In this document: piece by piece, positions 47,841 through 56,183 of the stretch
Numbering within the stretch: position 1 is the stretch's first letter
Layout of the letters: every line of letters begins with the position of its first letter
Source of the DNA: Candidatus Cloacimonadales bacterium
GTDB taxonomy: Bacteria; Cloacimonadota; Cloacimonadia; Cloacimonadales; JAIOQZ01
Assembly: GCA_963674825.1 (NCBI GenBank)
Contig: OY771587.1
Span: 800,001 to 864,000 of the forward strand
DNA: 64,000 nucleotides
Direction of reading: 5' to 3'
Made by a program: the position numbers and the translations under genes
The notes under the pieces: model-generated
Seen by the model: the letters and a program-made list of their open reading frames with translations, nothing else
Told to the model about the DNA's origin: nothing
The model's database searches: none

Positions 47841-49441
47841 TACTTAGTCTCCTTCTCGATAAGCCAGCTCTTGATCAGTTTCACCGCAATCTCAGGATTG
47901 TCGATGATGAACTTCTTCACAGCATCCTGCAGAAGCTGATCTTCGGTCTGCTCAATCTCGATGTCCTTCATCGGTTTGAAGCTGTAGGCGATACGGCCTT
48001 CACCCATCGGCATACCTTCTTCTCCTTCAGGATAGAATCCTTCGCGCTCGGCCTCACCATCAATCATTGCAGGCCGCAATGCCAAGCTTTCTTCCGCCTC
48101 ATCCGCAGGACGTGCAAATATCTTGCGGAACTGTGAGAACAGCGCCAGAAGCAAAATAATCAAAATAACCAGCACAACGCCCTTTTCGACCATGTCCAGA
48201 AGCTCCTGACGACGAACATCTGCTTCGCGCTTCATCCGTTCAAATTCCTGCTGAGCATCGTCGAAGCGCATGTTGCTGACCACAATCTGGTCGCCACGAT
48301 CCGCGTCGAAGCCGACAGCGCTACGCACCAGTGATTCGATCTTCTGGAGTTCTTCCGGTGCACGCGCGGTGTATTCTCTTGTAATATTGCCATCGACCTG
48401 CTCGATCGTGATGGCGTGATTGACCACTACAGATACCGAAAGCCGCTTGATGTTGCCCACCTGATTGGTGATATGCTGCACTGTGCGGTTGATCTCGTAA
48501 TTGCTGATCAGGTGTTCGGTAGCCGCTGATGTGCTGTCTGCCTGATCTGCCTGCTGCGTTGTCTCGATCTCTTCCGAACGAGCTACTCTGCTTTCGGGAT
48601 CATATTTCTCTGTCGTGGTTTCGATAGAATCAAAATTGAGGTCGGCGCTTACCCGGACATCGGAATTGCCCGGCTCAAGAATATTGTTCAATTGCGCCTG
48701 AATTTTACGTTTCAAATAGTCTTCGACCTTGCGTTGCAGGGTCATCTGGTAGTTGGAAAGTCCCGCGATGGAGTCGTCGTAATGCTCTGTGAGCTCTTGT
48801 CCGTCCTGATCGGTAATGCTTACATGGTTGACCTCGAGCCCTTCCACTGCCGAGGCGATAAGGTTCGCGATACCGCTGATCTGGTTCTGGTTGAGCTTCT
48901 GCTTCACACGCAGGAACACAGACGCTGAAGGATCTTTCTGATCTTCCTTAAAGAGCCGTTCTTCAGGAAATACCAGATGTACGCGCACAAAATCGATTCC
49001 GTTGATCGCGCGGATGGTACGCTGCAACTCCCCTTCCAGGGCTCGCTGGAAATTGATATTTTGTACCTTTTCGGTTACGCCCAGATTGGTTTTATCGAAG
49101 ATCTCGAACCCTGTGCCACCCTGGGTCAGGATGCCTTCGGATGCGAGCCGGATGCGCGTCTCATAGACCTGATCACGTGCAATAAGAATTGTGCTGCCGC
49201 CATCTGAAAGCTTGTATTCGATATTCATTTCATCCAGCTTCTCGATCGTCTTGGCGGCTTCCTTGGGATCCATACTGCCAAAGAGAAGACCGTACTCGAC
49301 TTTCGAGCTCCAGTTCAAGAGCCAGACAAAAGCGGCAATTGTCATAATGAAAAGGGCCCCGAGTACAATCTTCTGCCTGATATCGAGGCGATTGTAAATC
49401 TCGGACACTTTTTTCCTGGAATCTGCAAGGAACTCTTTCAT
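47840..49441 (-). CDS. fliF: Flagellar M-ring protein FliF
   Basis: Two TM segments; GFEIFDK, RALEGEL.RTI, ASAVEGL, NYEI, AVGFD.DRGD. Confidence 0.95.
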   Translation of the reverse strand: MKEFLADSRKKVSEIYNRLDIRQKIVLGALFIMTIAAFVWLLNWSSKVEYGLLFGSMDPKEAAKTIEKLDEMNIEYKLSDGGSTILIARDQVYETRIRLASEGILTQGGTGFEIFDKTNLGVTEKVQNINFQRALEGELQRTIRAINGIDFVRVHLVFPEERLFKEDQKDPSASVFLRVKQKLNQNQISGIANLIASAVEGLEVNHVSITDQDGQELTEHYDDSIAGLSNYQMTLQRKVEDYLKRKIQAQLNNILEPGNSDVRVSADLNFDSIETTTEKYDPESRVARSEEIETTQQADQADSTSAATEHLISNYEINRTVQHITNQVGNIKRLSVSVVVNHAITIEQVDGNITREYTARAPEELQKIESLVRSAVGFDADRGDQIVVSNMRFDDAQQEFERMKREADVRRQELLDMVEKGVVLVILIILLLALFSQFRKIFARPADEAEESLALRPAMIDGEAEREGFYPEGEEGMPMGEGRIAYSFKPMKDIEIEQTEDQLLQDAVKKFIIDNPEIAVKLIKSWLIEKETK

Positions 49442-49525
49442 AATACCCGACTCACGTATTTTGTATTAGGGAAAAACTTCTTCTGGAGACAACAAGGACG
49501 TACCGAGTACTTCCTGCTCAGGATA

Positions 49526-49837
49526 CTACACGGACGTCTTGATAACTTCCTTATATGCTTCCAGCATCTTGTTGCGGATCTGCATGACAAGGTTGAAGCT
49601 CATGTTCGCCTTTTCAACGGCGAGCATCACCTCATGAGGATCGATATCCTCTCCGGCGATTATGCGCCGAATACTGTCATCAGCGTCCACCTGCATGTCA
49701 TTTGCTTCCTCGATATAACTCTTCATCATATCTTTGAAGGACATCTCGGGAACTTCCTGAGATTGTGCTTTACCCGAAGCTGCCTGATTGGTCAGCTCAT
49801 GCATCTGCTGCAACGCCTGAATTCTTGGATCTGTCAT
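49526..49837 (-). CDS. fliE: Flagellar basal body protein FliE
   Basis: HEVMLA.EKA..SF....QIRNK.LEAY.E. Confidence 0.93.
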   Translation of the reverse strand: MTDPRIQALQQMHELTNQAASGKAQSQEVPEMSFKDMMKSYIEEANDMQVDADDSIRRIIAGEDIDPHEVMLAVEKANMSFNLVMQIRNKMLEAYKEVIKTSV

Positions 49838-49849
49838 CTGTCCTCTCCG

Positions 49850-50152
49850 TTACATTCGAATATCCAGCTTCGAACCGATCATTACCGCCGGATCATTCTT
49901 TGCGACAAAAGATTTTCCTTGCACTACTAATTTATCATCTCCGAAGACTTCGTGCAAGACCTTTTTTTCGTCATCGCTAAGAATGTTCCTCAGCTCACCC
50001 GACGAAACCGCGTTCATACGCTCTTTGCGTGTATTTCCCACGTTCGAGGAACGGGCCTCGGAAAGTTTGCTGTTGCTCTCGTAACTGCGGACAACATTTT
50101 GTACGCTTGCGGAAATCGCACTGGTTGTCTGATTATTCACTGTCAAAGCCAT
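49850..50152 (-). CDS. Hypothetical protein between flgC and fliE
   Basis: RBS AGGAG; 12-13 nt gaps to both neighbours; LSDDEKK..F..; C-terminal IGSKLDIRM. Confidence 0.75.
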   Translation of the reverse strand: MALTVNNQTTSAISASVQNVVRSYESNSKLSEARSSNVGNTRKERMNAVSSGELRNILSDDEKKVLHEVFGDDKLVVQGKSFVAKNDPAVMIGSKLDIRM

Positions 50153-50165
50153 TTTCTACTCCTGC

Positions 50166-50663
50166 TTACAGCTTAATCGCTTTGCGCAGCATCTCTTTGG
50201 TGCTGTTGATCGCGGTTACGTTTGCTTCGAACGATCTCGTTGCAGAGATCAGATCGGTCATTTCCTGGATGATGTTTACGTTGGGCATGGCGACATAGCC
50301 ATTCTCATCGGCATCGGGATGCGAGGGGTCGTATTCCATGCGGAATTCGGAAGGATCACGAAGGATTTCCGATACGTGTACGCCGGCAGAGCAACACTTG
50401 TCCTTTCGCTCGAATGGGACTTCGTTCATGTGCTCGCTGTCGGTGCGGTTCATCTTCAGCACGGTTTCGTGAAGAACGGTCTGAAAGCGTTCGTCATCCG
50501 AGCCCGACTGCACCACCGGTATTTTACGGCGATAAGCTTCGCCCTCGGGTGTGCGTGTAGTTTCGGCGTTGGCAATATTTTCCGAGATGACATTCATCCG
50601 GGTGCGCTGCACCGAAAGCCCTGCCGAGCTGATATCGATCGCGTTAAACAATGACTTCAGCAT
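50166..50663 (-). CDS. flgC: Flagellar basal body rod protein FlgC
   Basis: R.RMNVISENIANAETT; YDPSHPDADENGYV.MPNVN. Confidence 0.96.
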   Translation of the reverse strand: MLKSLFNAIDISSAGLSVQRTRMNVISENIANAETTRTPEGEAYRRKIPVVQSGSDDERFQTVLHETVLKMNRTDSEHMNEVPFERKDKCCSAGVHVSEILRDPSEFRMEYDPSHPDADENGYVAMPNVNIIQEMTDLISATRSFEANVTAINSTKEMLRKAIKL

Positions 50664-50673
50664 TCATTCCTCC

Positions 50674-51096
50674 TTAGCTCTGCGGCATTCCCTTGATTGC
50701 CGAATTCAAGTTCGAAAACTTCTTTTTCAGGAGGCTGACGCTCATCTCGTACTTGATGTTGTTCTTCGCGAGTTCAGCCATTTCCTGATCGATATCCACA
50801 TTGTTGATACCACTGTCGTTAAGCGTGTTCTCGCTGAATTCGACACGCGGCTGAACTTCGTTCAGATCGCGGGTTCCAATAGGGATATGACGAGGATTGG
50901 TCTGCCCGTCAGGTACGCTGTGCTGCTTGATGTGCTTCTGGTATTCTTCCTCGAACGACACCTTGCGCGCTCGATAGCAAGGCGTGTTCACGTTGGCGAT
51001 ATTGTTTGATATCGCCTTCTGACGCAACGAGTAAGCATCCAGACTTTTTTCCAGATCTGGCACTGAGATCCGCTCGAACAAAAATCTTGAGATCAT
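50674..51096 (-). CDS. flgB: Flagellar basal body rod protein FlgB
   Basis: Start ATG 51096 (RBS GGAGG); RQ..ISNNIANVNTP.Y; NNVDIDQEM. Confidence 0.95.
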   Translation of the reverse strand: MISRFLFERISVPDLEKSLDAYSLRQKAISNNIANVNTPCYRARKVSFEEEYQKHIKQHSVPDGQTNPRHIPIGTRDLNEVQPRVEFSENTLNDSGINNVDIDQEMAELAKNNIKYEMSVSLLKKKFSNLNSAIKGMPQS

Positions 51097-51118
51097 AATA
51101 ACCTCCGAGCGGATAAAA

Positions 51119-51134
51119 TGCAACCTCTATGCCA
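51119..51134 (-). promoter_or_regulatory. Sigma-54 promoter of the flgB operon
   Basis: TGGCAT-AGAGG-TTGCA, consensus spacing. Confidence 0.85.
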
Positions 51135-51183
51135 AACAGGACCTTCTTATTTTACAACAAGTTACGTCACGAGGAAGAATCTT

Positions 51184-51208
51184 GCGGCTATACGCAGCCG
51201 CTTTTTTT
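51184..51208. terminator. Terminator-like hairpin between ridA and the flgB promoter
   Basis: GCGGCT-N6-AGCCGC followed by T7 on the plus strand. Confidence 0.5.
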
Positions 51209-51239
51209 CCGTAGAAAAGAGGAATCTTTTTCCCTTACC

Positions 51240-51611
51240 CTACTCCATTGCGATCATTGAAATCTCGACCTGCGCGAATTTCGGCAGAGCACTAACTTCC
51301 ACGACCTCGCGTGCCGGGTACGGATCTTCGAAAAAGGACTTGTAGATTTCGTTGAATTGAGGATACATTTCCATGTCGATCAGAAATACTGTCGCTTTAA
51401 GAACGTTGCTCATGCCCAGGTTATTCTCTTCCAGGATATTCTTCACGTTCCGCATGGCCTGCCTGACTTGCTCATCAAAGGATGTATCAAGCTCGCCTGT
51501 TGATGGGTCCAGCCCGATCTGCCCAGAGATGAAAACCATTCCATTTTTAACAACTGCCTGAGAGTACGGTCCAAGTGCTGCGGGTGCACGGTGCGTGCTG
51601 ATCGATTTCAT
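51240..51611 (-). CDS. ridA: RidA/YjgF family deaminase
   Basis: APAALGPYSQA, SGQI, PAR, VEI; start ATG 51611 (RBS AAGGAG). Confidence 0.9.
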   Translation of the reverse strand: MKSISTHRAPAALGPYSQAVVKNGMVFISGQIGLDPSTGELDTSFDEQVRQAMRNVKNILEENNLGMSNVLKATVFLIDMEMYPQFNEIYKSFFEDPYPAREVVEVSALPKFAQVEISMIAME

Positions 51612-51723
51612 AATGTCTCCTTGATCTGGTTTAGATGCCTGAAATGTATCAACCGTGCGGATATCGTCAATGTAAATATTAACGCAGTGAATCCCACATG
51701 AAGTCATCTTCTGTATCGAAGGG

Positions 51724-53349
51724 TCATTTCATCAGTGTCACCTTCTGCGTTCTGAGCGCTTTATCTCCTGCATTCAGCTTACAGAAGTAGACCCCGCTTG
51801 CGAAATCTCCGGCATTCCAGGTGATGGATGAGGGAAACCCCCTTTTATTCCCCCTTATCAGGGGGATAGGGACTGAGTCCACCTTTTGCCCTCGTATATT
51901 ATAGATTTCTATCGTCAAATCATGATATTCTGTGTCCGTCTTGATCTCGAACGACACCTCCGGATTGAACGGATTGGGGTAGGCATTGAACGTGATATCC
52001 GCCGGTGGCACGGTCTCGTCGTCAATCGGTGTCGGATCTTGTTCAACTAATCCGGCATGGCCGGCATACACATAGACATCGCCATAGTTGTTTGGATTAT
52101 CCCAGTTCTGCCCCCAAGCCCCCACAGCAATGTCATCGAATCCATCATTATTGAAATCTCCGACAGCGCTGGGACCATAACCATAATGCCCATCGAATTC
52201 ATCATAATCCTTTGTTCCGTTCTGATTTCCGAGGTAGAAATACAAATAACCGCCGAATTCAGTCCCGTGGGTTTGAATATAATCAATCTTCTGATCATCA
52301 TTTATATCACCAACTTTGGGGCAGAAATAAAGTCCGGTCATGACATACGTAAATCGATCCCAATCAATCGTTTCGCCGCCTCGCCATAGACGGGTTCCAA
52401 GGGCGTTGAATTCCTCATCGATATCATAATATGTAAATGCGAAATCGTCGTAACCATCTCCATCCCAATCGCCTGCCGGTACCAGTTCATACCAATGAGA
52501 ATATCCATATGTTCTCCTTTCATAATCGAGCGATGCATCCGGGATTGTATCCTGTACAGTTCCACCCCAGAAGAAACGATCGTAGTGGTAGAAGGTACGA
52601 GTTCCATCCTCATTTAGAATCGAATTTCCCTCGTAATAATAGCTGAAGTCGTCATAGCCATCGTTGTTCACATCACCCAGTCCGCGGAATCCGCGTCCGT
52701 TGCGCGTATAGATGCTGTCAACGAACACAACCTTCTCGAAGCTGCCGCCGTAGATGATCGAGTAGGTGAGATGGTTGCTTTTTTCCTCCGTTACTCCCGC
52801 GTCGTCGTACCCGTCGCCGTTGATGTCGCCCAGCGGGTGGAGATCGATGTCAGCGAAATCCGCCTCGGAATCAAATGAGTGATCAGTTATCGTATCATTG
52901 ACAGTATTGCCTTCAAGAATACGATAATAGTAGAAGTAATGATATTCTCCGTCATAGGTTCTCTCATAATGAATGTAACCAATTTCATCGCAATTATCAC
53001 CGTTCATATCACCAAGATTCTCAATTCTCATCCACGAGTAATTTCTAACAAGGTTCGTATCAATCACCGTAGAGATCGTCAAACTTGGTGCATAGGGCAA
53101 TCCCAGATCTGAACCGTAGTACACATACAGCTTGCCCTGTTGCATGGTGTAGTTTGGATCATTGTCATATCGGTATGCATTCACAGCCAGATCATCAATG
53201 TCGTCGCCGTTGAAATCCAGCGAAATTACACTCATACCGAAGTTATCGTTTGCTTGCTCGCCGTGTTGCTGCCATACAATATCGAGCTGGTTGTTGGCAA
53301 TTAAAAGAACGCTAATAGTGAGTAAGATGGCTATACAAAGGTATCGCAT
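51724..53349 (-). CDS. Secreted FG-GAP repeat protein with T9SS-like CTD
   Basis: DFNGD, GDMNGD, GDINGDG, GDVNNDG, GDFNNDG repeats; YPNPFNPE...SGVYF...KVTLMK. Confidence 0.88.
   Translation of the reverse strand: MRYLCIAILLTISVLLIANNQLDIVWQQHGEQANDNFGMSVISLDFNGDDIDDLAVNAYRYDNDPNYTMQQGKLYVYYGSDLGLPYAPSLTISTVIDTNLVRNYSWMRIENLGDMNGDNCDEIGYIHYERTYDGEYHYFYYYRILEGNTVNDTITDHSFDSEADFADIDLHPLGDINGDGYDDAGVTEEKSNHLTYSIIYGGSFEKVVFVDSIYTRNGRGFRGLGDVNNDGYDDFSYYYEGNSILNEDGTRTFYHYDRFFWGGTVQDTIPDASLDYERRTYGYSHWYELVPAGDWDGDGYDDFAFTYYDIDEEFNALGTRLWRGGETIDWDRFTYVMTGLYFCPKVGDINDDQKIDYIQTHGTEFGGYLYFYLGNQNGTKDYDEFDGHYGYGPSAVGDFNNDGFDDIAVGAWGQNWDNPNNYGDVYVYAGHAGLVEQDPTPIDDETVPPADITFNAYPNPFNPEVSFEIKTDTEYHDLTIEIYNIRGQKVDSVPIPLIRGNKRGFPSSITWNAGDFASGVYFCKLNAGDKALRTQKVTLMK
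51835..51867 (-). repeat. 33-nt palindromic G/C-tract element in frame within the CTD
   Basis: ATCCCCCTGATAAGGGGGAATAAAAGGGGGTTT encodes IPLIRGNKRGF. Confidence 0.6.
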
Positions 53350-53442
53350 GGTACCCTCCTGTAGGAAGGAATATCGACAATTATATAAGGTCTGTCAAGA
53401 ACAACATGATTTGTGTGGTACGACATTTCAGATAAGAAAGAT

Positions 53443-53468
53443 AAAAAAAAGGGAGCCATTTGGCTCCC
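53443..53468 (-). terminator. Intrinsic terminator after rplS
   Basis: GGGAGCCA-AA-TGGCTCCC then T8 on the minus strand. Confidence 0.85.
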
Positions 53469-53474
53469 ATAAAC

Positions 53475-53822
53475 TTAGTAGCGTTTTTTCTCTTTAACTC
53501 TGGCTGCTTTACCTTTCACGCGGCGCAGGTAGAAGAGTTTTGCCCGGCGTACATGACCGAACCGGACAACATCGATTTTATCGATAAGAGGTGAACTCAG
53601 CGGAAGAACGCGCTCGACGGCGACTCCATTGCTGATTTTGCGAACGGTAAAGGTCTTGGAAATGCCCATTCCACGTTTCTGGATCACGATTCCCTGGAAG
53701 ACCTGAATACGTTCTTTGCTTCCTTCTTTAATCTTGTAGTGAACTTTTACGGTGTCACCCACGCGAAATTCGGGGTGATCAGTGCGAATCTGCGATTTCA
53801 TGGCAGTATATACAACGTCCAT
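53475..53822 (-). CDS. rplS: 50S ribosomal protein L19
   Basis: [31 protein letters not shown]. Confidence 0.98.
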   Translation of the reverse strand: MDVVYTAMKSQIRTDHPEFRVGDTVKVHYKIKEGSKERIQVFQGIVIQKRGMGISKTFTVRKISNGVAVERVLPLSSPLIDKIDVVRFGHVRRAKLFYLRRVKGKAARVKEKKRY

Positions 53823-53832
53823 GATTCCTCCT

Positions 53833-54390
53833 TTATTTTTCGGAAGAAAGCCTGTCCAGTACGATTGCAGCAGCGCTCCGTACAGAAAGATGGTTGTAGT
53901 AAACCATCCCCGAGATCGGTTCCAGAACGTAATGCGCGTTCTGATGAACTTCTTCGGTTAGTCCGTTGCCTGTTCCAAACAGGAGCAAGATCGGAGCTTC
54001 GGACGCGTGTGATCTCAGTTCACCGAATCCTATCTGGTCGTCTCGCTTGACTGCTGTCGTTGTGACAATGCTCGGAAAGACTCCTTCCTGTTTTTTAATC
54101 ACGTTTACGGTTTCGTCGATCGAATGACTGAAGCGCATGATGGAGAGGGCTTCGGCGCGGTCGGGATTGTATTCTTTTCCCGTATCGCTGTCCCAGAAGC
54201 CGGTAATGCGCTTGAACATCTCGTGCTGGCTATCCAGCGGCGTTATCACGAAAAACTGTTTTACGCCGAATGTGAGGCACGAGCGTGGTATGTCGTGCAG
54301 ATCGAGGTTGGTCACTGAAGTGGTAACAACCTCGTTCCGGCGGTTATACACCGGATGATGCACCAGGCCGACATACAATCGTTCAATCAT
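53833..54390 (-). CDS. SPOUT-type RNA methyltransferase (DUF2168 family)
   Basis: [37 protein letters not shown]. Confidence 0.88.
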   Translation of the reverse strand: MIERLYVGLVHHPVYNRRNEVVTTSVTNLDLHDIPRSCLTFGVKQFFVITPLDSQHEMFKRITGFWDSDTGKEYNPDRAEALSIMRFSHSIDETVNVIKKQEGVFPSIVTTTAVKRDDQIGFGELRSHASEAPILLLFGTGNGLTEEVHQNAHYVLEPISGMVYYNHLSVRSAAAIVLDRLSSEK

Positions 54391-55063
54391 GGTTGTCCAG
54401 CAAGTCCGGCCGAACCTTTCGAGTCCGGTTCATGGCGTCTTCTTCGCGCCATCGGTCGATATTCCTGTGGTTACCCGATAACAGGACATCCGGCACCTTC
54501 ATGCCTTCAAAGACGGGCGGTCTGGTATAGTGCGCACAGCCGAGAATCCCCTGTTGATGGGAGTCGGTCATGGCAGAATCCAGGTCGCTGAGTACGCCTT
54601 CCTGCAATCTCGCCAGAGCGTCGATCATAACCATCGCCGGCAATTCTCCGCCGGACAGCACATAGTCTCCGATAGAGATCTCGTCCGTGACCCAATGGTC
54701 ACGAATGCGCTGATCGAGCTCCTTGTAGTGCCCGCATATCATCACGATACGCTTTTTCGCACAGTAGTCCTGCACGATCTGCTGATCGAGCAGGCGTCCT
54801 TGTGGTGTGAAGTAAACCACAGGCGTATCATCGTCAATGGCAGCAAATTTCATCGCTTCGTGCACCGGTTCGGGTTTCATAACCATCCCAGCGCCACCGC
54901 CATAAGGATAGTCGTCCGTCTGCCGATGCTTATTGAAGGCGAAATCCCTGATATCGATCAGGTTAACCGCTATAGCACCCTCGCGAATCGCGATCCCGGT
55001 GATGCTCTCGGTGAGAATACCGGTAAACAGGTGTGGGAACAACGTCAGGACATCGATCTTCAT
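54383..55063 (-). CDS. trmD: tRNA (guanine37-N1)-methyltransferase
   Basis: DDYPYGGGAGM, TPQG, CGHY, SIGDYVLSGGE, YTRP. Confidence 0.97.
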   Translation of the reverse strand: MKIDVLTLFPHLFTGILTESITGIAIREGAIAVNLIDIRDFAFNKHRQTDDYPYGGGAGMVMKPEPVHEAMKFAAIDDDTPVVYFTPQGRLLDQQIVQDYCAKKRIVMICGHYKELDQRIRDHWVTDEISIGDYVLSGGELPAMVMIDALARLQEGVLSDLDSAMTDSHQQGILGCAHYTRPPVFEGMKVPDVLLSGNHRNIDRWREEDAMNRTRKVRPDLLDNHD

Positions 55064-55566
55064 AGATCCATCAGCTCATCAAGATTTCTGGCATAGATGC
55101 TGCGGTCATCCTGACGCTCGACATAACGTCCGACATCGGGAAACATAAACTGGCTCCCATCCGGACGCTCCACTGTAAGGACACGATGATCGGCTTGTTC
55201 CATCCAGTCGATGACAGTCCCGACCATCTCACCCTGGGCATACACCTGTTTATCGACAGGATCGTCGATATCTTCACCTAAAAGCTGATTGAAAGCCTCA
55301 GGATTAAGCGCCAGGGTGATTCGTTTCCTTTGCTGGACATGGTCGCTCAGATCGATTTCGTCGAAGCGGAAAAACGTTTTTCCGCCCGAACTGATGCGAT
55401 CGACAACCGTTGTCAGTATCACGCTATGATCTGGAAAGATCAAAAATACATCCTGCATCTGCAGGAACCCGGGTCGAAAACCTTTGCCCGGACGGAACTG
55501 AATGTATCCATTCGCTTCGACCCGGAAGCCCAGTGTTCCGACCGGGATTAAATCGGAAAGCTGCAT
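55060..55566 (-). CDS. rimM: 16S rRNA processing protein RimM (divergent)
   Basis: Lies between khpA and trmD; PRC-barrel-like C-half (GEMVGTVID...VL.V....G...FP.V..YV). Confidence 0.7.
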   Translation of the reverse strand: MQLSDLIPVGTLGFRVEANGYIQFRPGKGFRPGFLQMQDVFLIFPDHSVILTTVVDRISSGGKTFFRFDEIDLSDHVQQRKRITLALNPEAFNQLLGEDIDDPVDKQVYAQGEMVGTVIDWMEQADHRVLTVERPDGSQFMFPDVGRYVERQDDRSIYARNLDELMDL

Positions 55567-55796
55567 TACTCGATAATTTCCAGCTCTGCTCTCTTTCCTT
55601 GTTTGGTGGAAACTGCATTGAGAATTGTACGGATCGCGCCGGCAGTTCTTCCCCTCTTGCCGATCACTTTTCCGATATCCGCTTTCGCGACTCGAAGTTC
55701 GTAAAGGGTAATTTTGTCGCCAGCGATTTCTTTGATATCGACTTCACTGGGATCATCGACAAGCGCCTTTACAACGTACTCGATCAAATCTCTCAT
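55566..55796 (-). CDS. khpA: KH-domain RNA-binding protein
   Basis: [22 protein letters not shown]. Confidence 0.93.
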   Translation of the reverse strand: MRDLIEYVVKALVDDPSEVDIKEIAGDKITLYELRVAKADIGKVIGKRGRTAGAIRTILNAVSTKQGKRAELEIIE

Positions 55797-56113
55797 TCCT
55801 TCTCTCCTTCTTCTGCTGCTTTTTCAAGCGCAGGAGCAGGTTCCTCTTTTGATTGCCGCATCTCGTGCCACTTCTGCAGGATTCCGGCTCTCTTAAAGAA
55901 CGAACGGACCGTCTCCGACGGCTGTGCACCAACGCTTAACCATTTGATTGCTTTTTCTGTATCTATTTTCAATGTAAAAGGCTCTGTCTTGGGATCGTAG
56001 TGCCCAATATTGTCCAGATATTTACCGTCGCGTTTCAGTCTCGAATCGACCGCAACTATACGATAGAACGGATTATTTTTCGAACCCATCCGTCTCAGTC
56101 TGAGTTTAACCAT
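55793..56113 (-). CDS. rpsP: 30S ribosomal protein S16
   Basis: [23 protein letters not shown]. Confidence 0.98.
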   Translation of the reverse strand: MVKLRLRRMGSKNNPFYRIVAVDSRLKRDGKYLDNIGHYDPKTEPFTLKIDTEKAIKWLSVGAQPSETVRSFFKRAGILQKWHEMRQSKEEPAPALEKAAEEGEKE

Positions 56114-56183
56114 TTTCTCCTCTTTTTCATCGTAATTTTAGACCTAAAACTTTTTGTGTTTCAGTCTTTTAGTCAAGTATTTT

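Noticed and set aside
44752..49441. fliF/fliG/fliH/fliI as a non-flagellar injectisome
   Set aside because: Rod genes flgB/flgC, fliE, full-length FliG and flhF/flhG indicate a flagellar system.
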